From: Rugosimonospora sp.
Lineage (GTDB): Bacteria; Actinomycetota; Actinomycetes; Mycobacteriales; Micromonosporaceae
Length of the DNA stretch: 54,554 nt
Reading direction: 5' to 3'
Assembly: GCA_051986465.1 (NCBI GenBank)
Contig: JBPYFB010000152.1
Span: 1-54,554 of the forward strand
How positions within the stretch are numbered: position 1 is the first letter of the stretch; the number at the start of each line of letters is the position of its first letter. Of the stretch, positions 1 through 8,472 are shown one piece after another. A model generated the notes under the pieces. The model worked only from the letters and a program-made list of their open reading frames with translations, was not told the DNA's origin and ran no database searches. A program made the position numbers and the translations under genes.

Positions 1-1
1 C

Positions 2-901
2 GTTGTCAGCGCGATCGCGATCGGCTTCGGCTGGCTGCTCGCCGGCCGGATGCTGCAGCCGCTGAACCGGGTGACCGAGACCGCGCGGCGGATCGCCGAG
101 GCGCCCGCCGCCGACCGCGGGCTGCACGAGCGGATCGCCCTGCGGGGCCCCGACGACGAACTCAAACAGTTGGCGGACACGTTCGACGTCATGCTGGCCC
201 GGCTCGACCACTCCTTCGACGGCCAGCGTCGGTTCATCGCCAACGCCTCGCACGAACTGCGCACCCCGCTCACGCTCAACCGCGCCCTGCTGGAGGTCGC
301 GGTACACCGCCGGGCCGCCTCGCCGGAGATACGGCAGCTCGGCGAGACCCTGCTGGAGATCAATCACCGGCACGAGCGGCTGATCGACGGGCTGCTGCTG
401 CTGGCCCGCTCGGAACGGGAGGTGCGCGACCGGTCCTATGTGGACATGGCAGACATCGTCGAGCACGTGACCGCGCTGGTACCGGCGGGCGAGGTGACCG
501 TCCACAGTGAACCGTCCGAGGCGCCGACGACCGGCAACTCGGTACTGCTGGAGCGGCTGGTACAGAACCTCGTCGAGAACGGGGTGCGGTACAACGTCCC
601 CGAGGGCGGCTGGGTGCGGGTCACCAGCGGCAGGACCACGGACGACCACGTGGTCGTGACGGTTTCGAACACCGGCCCGGCCGTGCCCCGGTACGAGATC
701 CCGGGCCTGTTCGAGCCCTTCCACCGGCTCGCCACCGACCGCCTCGCCACCGCGCCCGGTGCGGGCCTGGGCCTGTCCATCGTCAAGGCGGTGGCCGGCG
801 CGCACGGCGGCGACGTACGGGCCGAGCCGCGCGAGGGCGGTGGCCTCATTGTCACGGTCACCCTCCCTGGTGTCCCTCAATCCTCGACGGATGTGCAGTA
901 G
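2..901 (+). CDS. Sensor histidine kinase, C-terminal part (HAMP-HisKA-HATPase_c); 5' end lies outside the window
   Basis: Frame 2 is open from nt 2 (VVSAIAIGFGWLLAGRMLQPLN, last TM plus HAMP). H-box FIANASHELRTPLT, N-box LVENGVRYN, G-box GAGLGLSIV. Very high GC3. Confidence 0.9.
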   Translation, partial: VVSAIAIGFGWLLAGRMLQPLNRVTETARRIAEAPAADRGLHERIALRGPDDELKQLADTFDVMLARLDHSFDGQRRFIANASHELRTPLTLNRALLEVAVHRRAASPEIRQLGETLLEINHRHERLIDGLLLLARSEREVRDRSYVDMADIVEHVTALVPAGEVTVHSEPSEAPTTGNSVLLERLVQNLVENGVRYNVPEGGWVRVTSGRTTDDHVVVTVSNTGPAVPRYEIPGLFEPFHRLATDRLATAPGAGLGLSIVKAVAGAHGGDVRAEPREGGGLIVTVTLPGVPQSSTDVQ

Positions 902-2082
902 TCGACCTCTTCCGTCGGGTTGAACGGACCCAGCAGGATGCGCCGCACGAACTGGCCACCCGAGGCGATCTGCTCGCCGGAGACGTCGAGGGTGAACTGC
1001 TGCGGTACCGCGAGCCGCCGCCCGTCGATGCGCACCCGCTGCCGTACCTGGTAGATCGGCGACCAGGGGCAGCAGTAGTAGTAGCTGCCCAGCCGCATCT
1101 CCTTGACCCGCACGATGCTGCCACTGCGCAGTGCGGCCTGGATCTGCGCGTGGATGGTGAGGGTACGGACCGGGTCTGGGTCGTCCGCCCACATCGCGTC
1201 GATCGCCGCGCACGCCTTCGGATCGGCCTGCCACTTGTCGAGGGTGGCCGGGTCGGTCAGGCACCACGGGTCGAACCGGGTACCGCCGGGCAGCGTCTCG
1301 GGGTCGAGCTTGGCCAGGTTCGGGCGCGCGTGGTACCCGCCGATGGCGGCCGGCATGGCGGCCATCTGTCCAATGTGGAACCAGAGCCGGGAGGCGCGCT
1401 TGAGGTGCGTCTCGACCAGCCCGGCCAGTTGCTCGCCGGCGGGCGTCGCGCTGACCGCCTCCGCGTACTCGACGCAGCCGACCGCCTCGGCGCACAGCTG
1501 CCGCATCCGGTTGACGGCGTGCCGGTGGTTGTCCGTGCTCGCCTGCCGGTCGAGGTCCCACACGGCAAGCTCGGCGCGCTCCCGGATGCTCGGCAGCGCG
1601 CGCAGCATCGCCCGCAGGTGCGGTGCGGGGCACGGGTCGCCGTCGACCCAGTCGGGCAGCGCCGCGGGGAGCCGTACCGTCGCGGCGAGGTCGAAGTCCG
1701 GGTTGGCGGCCGCCTGCTGTGCCTGGCTGAGCCAGCCGGCCGCGGCCGAGAACCAGGCCCACGCCTGCGCGAAGGTGGCCGGCGGCACGTACCCGACGGT
1801 GCCCGAGTCGCTGGCGTAATCGTGGTCCAGCAGCCCGGCGCCGAGCGTCTGCAGCACGTACGCGTTCCACGTCGCGACCAGTTGCCCGCGCAGCGCGCGC
1901 GGCGCGTTCCACATGTCGCGCCCGGACAGGCGCAGTTGGACGCACGCCTCGTCGACCTCGGCCAGCGCCTCGTACACGCCGGCACCGGCGGAGCGCAGCG
2001 CCTCTAGTGCGGCCGCGTTGGACTCGCCGCGGAACCGGGCCCGGACCCGGGTGGCGATGCCCGGTCGCAAGGGGTCACTCAC
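877..2082 (-). CDS. Conserved hypothetical protein (about 401 aa), function unknown
   Basis: Long high-GC3 frame. The listed 520-aa ORF runs across the divergent phosphatase gene; the first usable in-frame start below it is GTG 2082 (no clear SD, TTG 2070 is an alternative). Trp/Ala-rich body and a C-terminal YYYCCPWSPIYQVRQ segment. The 3' end overlaps the kinase gene by 25 nt. Confidence 0.7.
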   Translation of the reverse strand: MSDPLRPGIATRVRARFRGESNAAALEALRSAGAGVYEALAEVDEACVQLRLSGRDMWNAPRALRGQLVATWNAYVLQTLGAGLLDHDYASDSGTVGYVPPATFAQAWAWFSAAAGWLSQAQQAAANPDFDLAATVRLPAALPDWVDGDPCPAPHLRAMLRALPSIRERAELAVWDLDRQASTDNHRHAVNRMRQLCAEAVGCVEYAEAVSATPAGEQLAGLVETHLKRASRLWFHIGQMAAMPAAIGGYHARPNLAKLDPETLPGGTRFDPWCLTDPATLDKWQADPKACAAIDAMWADDPDPVRTLTIHAQIQAALRSGSIVRVKEMRLGSYYYCCPWSPIYQVRQRVRIDGRRLAVPQQFTLDVSGEQIASGGQFVRRILLGPFNPTEEVDYCTSVED

Positions 2083-2125
2083 ATGTACAGGGTAAGCGGG
2101 TTGGCACGGGCGACGATTTCGCGCT

Positions 2126-2548
2126 ATGTACAGGTTCGTGGATGGTTGGCTCGACGGCGCCGGACTCGTCGCGCTCCCCAGCGGGGTGCGGGTACGCGGC
2201 CGGCGACTCGCGGACGCTGCGAGCCCCGCGGACTTCGCGCTCGTACTGGCGAAGGGTCCGGCTCCCGCGTGGCCGCACCGGTACGTGCGCTGGCCGGACT
2301 TCTGGATACCGCTCGATCGCGCCGATGCGCTCGCCGCTCTGCGCGAGGCGCACGCTCGCGCCCTGGCCGGCGATCGGGTCGAGGCCGCCTGCCGGGGCGG
2401 CGTGGGCCGCACCGGCACCGCCCTGGCCGCGCTCGCCATCCTCGACGGCCTCCCGCCGGCGCAGGCGGTGACCTGGGTCCGCCGCGCCTACCACCACCGT
2501 GCCGTGGAGACCCCCTGGCAGCGGCGGTGGCTGCTCACCCTCCGGTGA
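2126..2548 (+). CDS. Small Cys-based protein phosphatase (PTP/dual-specificity-like)
   Basis: 140 aa with a C(X)5R P-loop (CRGGVGRTG) preceded by a WPD-like loop (RWPDFWIP). ATG start, high GC3. Confidence 0.8.
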   Translation: MYRFVDGWLDGAGLVALPSGVRVRGRRLADAASPADFALVLAKGPAPAWPHRYVRWPDFWIPLDRADALAALREAHARALAGDRVEAACRGGVGRTGTALAALAILDGLPPAQAVTWVRRAYHHRAVETPWQRRWLLTLR

Positions 2549-3062
2549 CGCCGTCGATGGATTGGCGGATCAGGTCGGCGTGCCCGTTGTGCCGCGCGTA
2601 CTCGCCAATCATGTGGCTGTACAGGAAGCGCAGGGACATCCGATCCGTTCCGTCGCGCCCGGTCCACTCAATCGTGGTGTCGAGCGGTACGCCCGCCGCC
2701 ACCTCGCGGGCGATCTCCTGCTCGTCGACGAGGCGCGCGTAGGCCGCCTCCGCCTGCCCCGGGTCGAGGTCCTCGAAGTCGGCGTCGGGGCGCTCGGGCG
2801 TCACGTACAGCCGGTCGATCGCCTCGCCGCGCAGCCGCTCGCGGAACCAGATTCGCTCCACCTTGGCCAGGTGCCGGACGAGGCCGAGCAGCGACAGGTT
2901 GGCCGCCGCGATCGGAGTCATGGCCAACTGCTCGCTGGTCAACCCCGCGCACTTGTACAGCAGCGTGGCGCGGTGCCAGTCCAGCAGGTCGGGCAGCAAC
3001 TCGGTTTCCGGGGCGACCTGCGACCCGTCAGGGCGGATCACGGCCGGAGCAGTCCAGTTCAC
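2535..3062 (-). CDS. DinB/DUF664 (mycothiol-transferase-like) family protein
   Basis: C-terminal HMIGEYARHNGHADLIRQSIDG is typical of DinB_2/DUF664. I prefer the GTG at 3062, because the listed TTG-3140 extension is a low-complexity Ala/Gly/Lys stretch covering the terminator hairpin at 3084-3138. Confidence 0.8.
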   Translation of the reverse strand: MNWTAPAVIRPDGSQVAPETELLPDLLDWHRATLLYKCAGLTSEQLAMTPIAAANLSLLGLVRHLAKVERIWFRERLRGEAIDRLYVTPERPDADFEDLDPGQAEAAYARLVDEQEIAREVAAGVPLDTTIEWTGRDGTDRMSLRFLYSHMIGEYARHNGHADLIRQSIDGVTGG

Positions 3063-3083
3063 CGGGTCATTGTCTAGGATCTT

Positions 3084-3138
3084 GGCGGGAGCGGCACCGG
3101 TTTTCCGCGCCGCTCCCGCTTTTGGTGCCGCTCCCGCC
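3084..3138 (-). terminator. Large hairpin downstream of the chitinase gene
   Basis: Perfect 15-bp arms GGCGGGAGCGGCACC (3084-3098) and GGTGCCGCTCCCGCC (3124-3138). The 25-nt loop holds a second copy of the arm core (GCCGCTCCCGC, 3109-3119) followed by TTTT, so two alternative pairings are possible. Confidence 0.6.
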
Positions 3139-3172
3139 AAGAGTTTCGGTCAGGCCAAGAGTTTCGGTCAGC
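3137..3172. repeat. 18-bp tandem duplication spanning the chitinase stop codon
   Basis: ccaagagtttcggtcagg followed by ccaagagtttcggtcagc, 17 of 18 identical. The second unit contains the chitinase stop codon (3168-3170). Confidence 0.9.
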
Positions 3173-4580
3173 AGGGTCCGTTGTCGGTCCACACGCCGGC
3201 CGCGCCGCCGGGCGTGTCGCCCTGGGTCCACCACTTCGCCGTCCACTTGTGGCCGCTGTACGTCACCGCGTTGCCGCCCACATACACGGCGCCCGAGCTC
3301 CACGCCGACAGGCCCGCGCACTGCCCGCTGCCGCCGCCGGATGTGGCGGTCGGGCTCGGCCCGGTACCACCGCCGCCGCACGTGCCGTTGTCCGTCCAGA
3401 CGCCCTGGCTGTTGTTGCCCGGGATGTCGCCCTGGGTCCACCACTTCGCGGTCCACAGGTGCCCGTTGTACGAGACCTGCTGCCCGCCCGTGTACGCGGT
3501 GGTCGAGTTCCACGCGGCCGCGCTGCAGGTACCCGTGCCCTGCGAGGCCGGCGCGGTGCTCGGCGGGGTGACGGGTGGCGCGGCCCCGGCGAACTGGGTC
3601 GTGTACTTGGTGAAGTCCCAGTCGTTCTGGGTGACGCTGCTGCACACGCCCGAGGTGGTGCTGATCGGCGGGTTGCAGGCGCGGTCCCGGTTGACCGACC
3701 AGAACGTGTACCGGGTCAGCCCGTGCCCGGTCGCATAGCTGAGGACGGTCTGGAAGTCCGACTGGTAGAAGTACTCGCCCGAGTCGCTGCGACCGTTCAT
3801 CATCGAGATGCCCTCGTGGTTGTACGCGGTCGCACTGCTCCAGCCGAACGTGTTCATCAGCAGCGTGTGGAACGCCTCCAGCGCGGCGGTCTGCGATGCC
3901 GCGCCGTTGAACCCGCCGTCGAAGGGCATGATGGCGTAGTTCGCCGGGGTGAAGCCCAGGCTCTTGGCGGTGTTGAGCACGTTCTGACCGAAGTACCCGG
4001 TACCGGCGGAGGTGCCGGCGGTCGTGATCGACACGTACAGGCCGGCGTTGTTGCGCTGCAGGATCTGCGCGGCGCCCACCTCGTTGTTGATGGCGGCGGT
4101 GTTCTCGTACTCCGGCTCTTCCAGGTCGAAGTCGATCGCCTTGATCGCGTACTCGTCGATCACCTGCTGGTACGCGGCCGCGGTGGCGGCGGCGGTACCG
4201 CAGGTCTGGCCGAGCTTGGTGCCGCCGTACCCGCCGATGGACACGGATACGTCCCCGCCCGCCGCGCGTACCCCGTTGATGACGCTCGCGACGGCGCTGT
4301 CCGAGGAGACGGCCGCGGTACCGTCCCAGGTGGGCGAGCAGCCGCCACCGTTGGGGGCGAGGATGAAGGCGAGTTCGAACGCCTTCTGGCCCGTGGCCGC
4401 CATGACTGACGGCAGGTTGGGCGGGTTGTTGTCCAGCGGCATCACGTACGGCGCGGAGCCGTACCAGTTGCTGCCCAGCGTGGCCGCCTGCGCCGATGAG
4501 GCGAAATTGACGCTGAGCGCCGCCGCGACCGCCGCGGTCGCCCCCGCGACGGTGAGTGTGAGGAGTCTCGATCGTCGCAC
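3168..4580 (-). CDS. Secreted GH18 chitinase with two C-terminal CBM5/12 chitin-binding modules
   Basis: Signal peptide MRRSRLLTLTVAGATAAVAAALSVNFASSAQA. GH18 catalytic motif IDFDLEEPE. Two repeats of AW(N/S)..Y..G..V.Y.GH.WTAKWWTQGD.PG. GTG start with SD aggagga. Confidence 0.93.
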   Translation of the reverse strand: MRRSRLLTLTVAGATAAVAAALSVNFASSAQAATLGSNWYGSAPYVMPLDNNPPNLPSVMAATGQKAFELAFILAPNGGGCSPTWDGTAAVSSDSAVASVINGVRAAGGDVSVSIGGYGGTKLGQTCGTAAATAAAYQQVIDEYAIKAIDFDLEEPEYENTAAINNEVGAAQILQRNNAGLYVSITTAGTSAGTGYFGQNVLNTAKSLGFTPANYAIMPFDGGFNGAASQTAALEAFHTLLMNTFGWSSATAYNHEGISMMNGRSDSGEYFYQSDFQTVLSYATGHGLTRYTFWSVNRDRACNPPISTTSGVCSSVTQNDWDFTKYTTQFAGAAPPVTPPSTAPASQGTGTCSAAAWNSTTAYTGGQQVSYNGHLWTAKWWTQGDIPGNNSQGVWTDNGTCGGGGTGPSPTATSGGGSGQCAGLSAWSSGAVYVGGNAVTYSGHKWTAKWWTQGDTPGGAAGVWTDNGPC

Positions 4581-4624
4581 GTACTTCCTCCTTCTTGGGA
4601 TTCCCGTGTGGACGGACGGGAGGC

Positions 4625-4680
4625 GTCGTTTAAGTTTCTGTTAAGAAAGTTAATCGTTAACAAGGTTAGGTATATCAGCG
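4625..4680 (-). promoter_or_regulatory. AT-rich promoter/operator region upstream of the chitinase gene
   Basis: About 28 % GC over 50 nt in a roughly 70 % GC background. Contains the palindrome GTTAA-TCG-TTAAC (4649-4661) and repeated TTAAG/TTAAC words. Confidence 0.5.
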
Positions 4681-4752
4681 CCATCGATGTCAGGGCAAGA
4701 CATTCGTGGGTCCCGATTTGACGAGCGGGGCATCGCGTACCCTCAAGGGAAG

Positions 4753-5130
4753 ATGTCTGGTGCGCTCCGCCCGGAAGGTGCGAAGGCCGTCGACGCGAGG
4801 GCCGTCGTGCTGGCGGTCGGCGTTCCGGTTCTCCTGGTCGTGGTGCTGCTCGGCACCGCCGGGCGGCGCGCCGTCGCCAATGTCCGGCCAGTCGGTCGCC
4901 CCGCCGCCGTCGCTGACCGTGACCACACGCACGCGCTGCCCGCCAACCGGACCAGGGCGCATCCACCTCGGACGGTCCCGTTCTCGACCGGCATCCCCCT
5001 GCCGGGCGCGCTCCTCGCCGCGGGCGCCATCGCGCTGCTGCCCATCCTCACCCGGCGCGCGGCCGCGCGCCGTTCGCCGGTCGGCCGGCTGCTGGTTCGG
5101 CTGCCCACCACGCGCGCGCCACCCGCCTGA
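4753..5130 (+). CDS. Hypothetical membrane protein (two hydrophobic segments)
   Basis: Frame 1 has strong GC3 bias, especially 4860-5130. TM-like segments AVVLAVGVPVLLVVVLLG and ALLAAGAIALLPIL, followed by a basic tail. Start uncertain (ATG 4753 or ATG 4687). Confidence 0.45.
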   Translation: MSGALRPEGAKAVDARAVVLAVGVPVLLVVVLLGTAGRRAVANVRPVGRPAAVADRDHTHALPANRTRAHPPRTVPFSTGIPLPGALLAAGAIALLPILTRRAAARRSPVGRLLVRLPTTRAPPA

Positions 5131-5183
5131 CCCCTGACCCGACGCTCTGCTCCCCGTCCTCCACCCTGACCAGGGGGTCAGTC

Positions 5184-5588
5184 TTGCCTAAAGCCATGCC
5201 TACGCCTGATAAACCCCACCCCGACCTCGCCGCCAGCCTGCCGCTGTTGCGCGCCCGCCTGGAGGAGCAGCGCGAGTTCCGCATCGAGCAACTCGTCGAC
5301 CTCGCCGTCGAAGAGCTCGCCGTCGAGGAGCTCGCCACCGACGCACCAGGCACCGAGGGCTCGACCGGCAACAAAGCCAACGGGCAGGTGCACGACGAGA
5401 TGTCGGTACTGCTCGCCGCGGCCGCGCGCCTCGCGCTCACCGACATCGAGAACGCGCTCGGCCGGATGGCGACCGGTACGTACGGGACATGCCTGTCCTG
5501 CGGCCTGCCGATCGAGCTCGCCCGGCTGTACGCGGTGCCGCAGACCGCCCAGTGCGCCTCCTGCCAGCGGGACACCTCGCCCGGTTGA
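5184..5588 (+). CDS. TraR/DksA-family C4 zinc-finger protein
   Basis: C-terminal CLSCGLPIE...QCASC four-Cys finger after an acidic coiled region. TTG 5184 lies 6 nt after SD aggggg; ATG 5196 is an alternative. Confidence 0.8.
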   Translation: MPKAMPTPDKPHPDLAASLPLLRARLEEQREFRIEQLVDLAVEELAVEELATDAPGTEGSTGNKANGQVHDEMSVLLAAAARLALTDIENALGRMATGTYGTCLSCGLPIELARLYAVPQTAQCASCQRDTSPG

Positions 5589-5620
5589 GATCGAAGCTCC
5601 TACGGCCCGCGCCGTAACCC

Positions 5621-5647
5621 GAGCGACCCGTGTCGGCGGGGTCGCTC
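5621..5647 (+). terminator. GC hairpin after the dksA-like gene
   Basis: GAGCGACCC-gtgtcggcg-GGGTCGCTC, a perfect 9-bp stem. No U-tract, as is usual in actinobacteria. Confidence 0.5.
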
Positions 5648-5663
5648 GCGTCGAGGGTCGTAC

Positions 5664-5927
5664 ATGTGTTCGAATCCTCTCATGGAGAAGCGGAAGCACT
5701 GGTGGAACAGCCGCTGGGGGCGGCTCTCACGCAAGGACGTCTTCGTGTACGAGGACGGCGGGCATTGGTGGATCGAGGCCCGCGAGGGCGGCTCGGACGG
5801 GCGCAGTCGCTGGCTGGAGTGTGTCAACGAGGACGCGGCGCTGGACGTGGTGCGGGACCTGATGGCCGGTACCGACGGCTGGCGCGAGCTGCCCGCGGTG
5901 AAGGCGCAACGAATCGCCGAAGAGTAG
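5664..5927 (+). CDS. Small Trp-rich hypothetical protein (87 aa)
   Basis: High GC3 throughout. SD gaggg lies 6 nt before ATG 5664. No recognisable domain. Confidence 0.6.
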   Translation: MCSNPLMEKRKHWWNSRWGRLSRKDVFVYEDGGHWWIEAREGGSDGRSRWLECVNEDAALDVVRDLMAGTDGWRELPAVKAQRIAEE

Positions 5928-5985
5928 GAGAACCGCGCAACGAACGATCGCCGTCGCGCATTATCTGTCTGGATAGTGTCGCCGC

Positions 5986-6780
5986 ATGACGCGCCGATAC
6001 CTCATGTGCCGACCCACCCACTTCGCCGTGGACTACGCGATCAACCCGTGGATGGATCCCAGCGCGCCGGTCGACGTGGAGCTGGCGGTCGCCCAGTGGA
6101 CCCGGCTCAAGGAGATCTACGAGGCGCTCGGGCACACCGTGGATCTGATCGACCCGATTCCCGGGCTGCCGGACATGGTGTTCGCCGCCAACGGTGCCAC
6201 GGTCGTGGCCGGCAAGGTCCTCGGCGCCCAGTTCCGGTACCCGGAGCGGGCCGCCGAGGCACCCGCGTACCTCGCCTGGCTCGCCGCGGCCGGCTTCGAC
6301 ACGTACGAGGCGAAGTTCATCAACGAGGGTGAGGGCGACCTGCTGCTCACCGAGCGCTTCCTGCTCGCAGGTACCGGCTTCCGCACCGAGGTGGGCGCGC
6401 ACGGGCAGGCGCAGGAGCTGTTCGGCCGCCCGGTGATCACCTTGCAGCTGGTGGATCCGCGCTACTACCACCTGGACACCGCGCTGACCGTACTGGACGG
6501 CCCGGCCGGGATCGCGTACCTGCCGGAGGCGTTCTCGCCGGGCAGCCAGGCGGTCCTGCGCGAGCTGTTCCCCGACGCGATCCTGGCGCGCGGGCAGGAC
6601 GCGGCGGTGCTCGGGCTCAACGCGGTCAGCGACGGGCACCGCGTGGTGCTGCCGGTCCAGGCGACCGGGTTCGCCGAGGAGTTGAGCCGCCGGGGCTACC
6701 GGCCCATTGGAGTAGATTTGTCCGAGCTGCGCAAGGCGGGTGGCGGCCCCAAGTGCTGCACGTTGGAGGTGCGGTCATGA
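5986..6780 (+). CDS. Amidinotransferase-fold enzyme (dimethylarginine dimethylaminohydrolase-like)
   Basis: N-terminus MCRPTHFAVDYAINPWMD and C-terminal catalytic-Cys context KAGGGPKCCTLEV. The stop overlaps the rocD start (ATGA). Confidence 0.85.
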   Translation: MTRRYLMCRPTHFAVDYAINPWMDPSAPVDVELAVAQWTRLKEIYEALGHTVDLIDPIPGLPDMVFAANGATVVAGKVLGAQFRYPERAAEAPAYLAWLAAAGFDTYEAKFINEGEGDLLLTERFLLAGTGFRTEVGAHGQAQELFGRPVITLQLVDPRYYHLDTALTVLDGPAGIAYLPEAFSPGSQAVLRELFPDAILARGQDAAVLGLNAVSDGHRVVLPVQATGFAEELSRRGYRPIGVDLSELRKAGGGPKCCTLEVRS

Positions 6781-8051
6781 CGGAGAACGCCAGCCTGACC
6801 CCATTCCGACAAGCTTCATGGGGCGATACCGGTACAGCCGTCGGGCACCGGACGGCGCAGGCGGTCGCCGAGGCCGAGCGCTGGACGGCGCACAACTATC
6901 ACCCGCTGCCGGTCGTGATCGCCGACGCCGAGGGCGCCTGGGTCACCGACGTGGACGGCCGGCGCTACCTCGATTGCCTGGCCGGATACTCCGCGCTGAA
7001 CTTCGGGCACCGGCACCCGGCGCTGGTCGCGGCGGCGCGCGCGCAACTGGACCACGCGACGCTGACCAGCCGCGCCTTCCTGCACGACCAGTTCGGCCCG
7101 TTCTGCCGGGAACTCGCCGAGCTGTGCGGCATGGACATGGTGCTGCCGATGAACACCGGGGCCGAGGCCGTCGAGACGGCCGTCAAGGTGGCGCGGGCGT
7201 GGGGATACCGGATCAAGGGGGTACCGGACGGGCAGGCGAAGATCGTCGTCGCGGCGGAGAACTTCCACGGCCGTACCACCACGATCATCAGCTTCTCCAC
7301 CGACCCGGAGGCGCGCCGCGACTTCGGCCCGTACACGCCCGGCTTCGCGGTCGTACCCTTCGGCGACACCGCGGCGATGGCGGAGGCGATCGACGAGCAC
7401 ACCGTGGCCGTACTCGTCGAGCCGATCCAGGGCGAGGCCGGAGTGCTGGTACCGCCGGACGGGTACCTGACCGAGGTGCGCGCGCTGTGTGCCGAGCGCG
7501 GCGTGCTGTTCATCGCCGACGAGGTGCAGTCCGGGCTGGGCCGCACCGGAGACACCTTCGCGTGCCAGCACGAGGCGGTGGTACCCGACCTGTACGTGCT
7601 GGGCAAGGCGCTCGGCGGCGGCGTGGTACCGGTCTCCGCCGTGGTCGGTCGCGCCGATGTCCTCGGCGTGCTGCGCCCGGGCGAGCACGGCTCCACCTTC
7701 GGCGGCAACCCGCTGGCCTGTGCCGTCGGGCGCGCGGTCATCGGGCTACTGGCCACGGGCGAGTACCAGGAGCGTGCCCGCCACCTCGGCGGCCTGCTGC
7801 ACGAGCGGCTGGCCGGCCTGGTCGGCAGGGGAGTCAGCGCGGTACGCGGCCGCGGCCTGTGGGCCGGCGTCGACATCGACCCCGCGCTGATGACCGGTCG
7901 CCAGGCGTGCGAGCGGCTGATGGCCCGGGGCGTACTGGCCAAGGACACGCACGGCTCGACGATCCGGTTGGCGCCGCCGCTCGTGATCACTCCAGACGAG
8001 GTGGACTGGGTCGTGGACCAGCTCAGCGAGGTGGTAGCCGCACCACGCTGA
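6777..8051 (+). CDS. rocD: Ornithine--oxo-acid aminotransferase
   Basis: [57 protein letters not shown] and VLGKALGGG (PLP lysine context). SD ggagg lies 7 nt before ATG 6777. Confidence 0.93.
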   Translation: MTENASLTPFRQASWGDTGTAVGHRTAQAVAEAERWTAHNYHPLPVVIADAEGAWVTDVDGRRYLDCLAGYSALNFGHRHPALVAAARAQLDHATLTSRAFLHDQFGPFCRELAELCGMDMVLPMNTGAEAVETAVKVARAWGYRIKGVPDGQAKIVVAAENFHGRTTTIISFSTDPEARRDFGPYTPGFAVVPFGDTAAMAEAIDEHTVAVLVEPIQGEAGVLVPPDGYLTEVRALCAERGVLFIADEVQSGLGRTGDTFACQHEAVVPDLYVLGKALGGGVVPVSAVVGRADVLGVLRPGEHGSTFGGNPLACAVGRAVIGLLATGEYQERARHLGGLLHERLAGLVGRGVSAVRGRGLWAGVDIDPALMTGRQACERLMARGVLAKDTHGSTIRLAPPLVITPDEVDWVVDQLSEVVAAPR

Positions 8052-8472
8052 CGAAGAAGTCGTCGATGCGCCGCACCACGTTGATGAACTGCTCGAAGTC
8101 CACCGGCTTCGTCACGTACGCGTTGGCGTGCAACTGGTAGCTGCGCAGTACGTCCTCCTCGGCCTGCGAGGTGGTCAGCACCACGACCGGTATCTGGCGC
8201 AGGGACTCGTCGTTCTTGATCTCCGCGAGTACCTCGCGCCCGTCCCGCTTGGGCAGGTTCAGGTCGAGGAGTACGAGATCGGGGCGGACCGCGTCGGCGA
8301 AGGGCTCCTGCCGCCGCAGGTACGCCAGCGCGTCCACGCCGTCGGAGACGACCGTCAGCCGGTTGCGCACCTTGTGCTCCTCGAACGCCTCTTGCGTCAT
8401 GAGGACGTCACCCGGATCGTCCTCGACGAGCAGGACCTCGATCGGCATCACCGGCTCGGCTGGGTGGGTCAT
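8023..8472 (-). CDS. Stand-alone receiver-domain response regulator
   Basis: LLVEDDPGD...[14 protein letters not shown]...VVVLTTS...ANAYVTKP with no output domain. Its start shares 1 nt with the upstream kinase stop. The 3' end overlaps rocD by 29 nt. Confidence 0.9.
   Translation of the reverse strand: MTHPAEPVMPIEVLLVEDDPGDVLMTQEAFEEHKVRNRLTVVSDGVDALAYLRRQEPFADAVRPDLVLLDLNLPKRDGREVLAEIKNDESLRQIPVVVLTTSQAEEDVLRSYQLHANAYVTKPVDFEQFINVVRRIDDFFVSVVRLPPR

Noticed and set aside
3063-3140. N-terminal extension of the DinB-family ORF from TTG 3140
   Set aside because: It encodes only AGAAPKAGAARKTGAAPAK-type low complexity and coincides exactly with the chitinase terminator hairpin and the 18-bp duplication. 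GTG 3062 gives a family-typical length.
4581-4752. DasR (dre) operator upstream of the chitinase gene
   Set aside because: I found no sequence resembling ACTGGTCTAGACCACT. Only the AT-rich GTTAA-N3-TTAAC palindrome is present, and it is reported separately.
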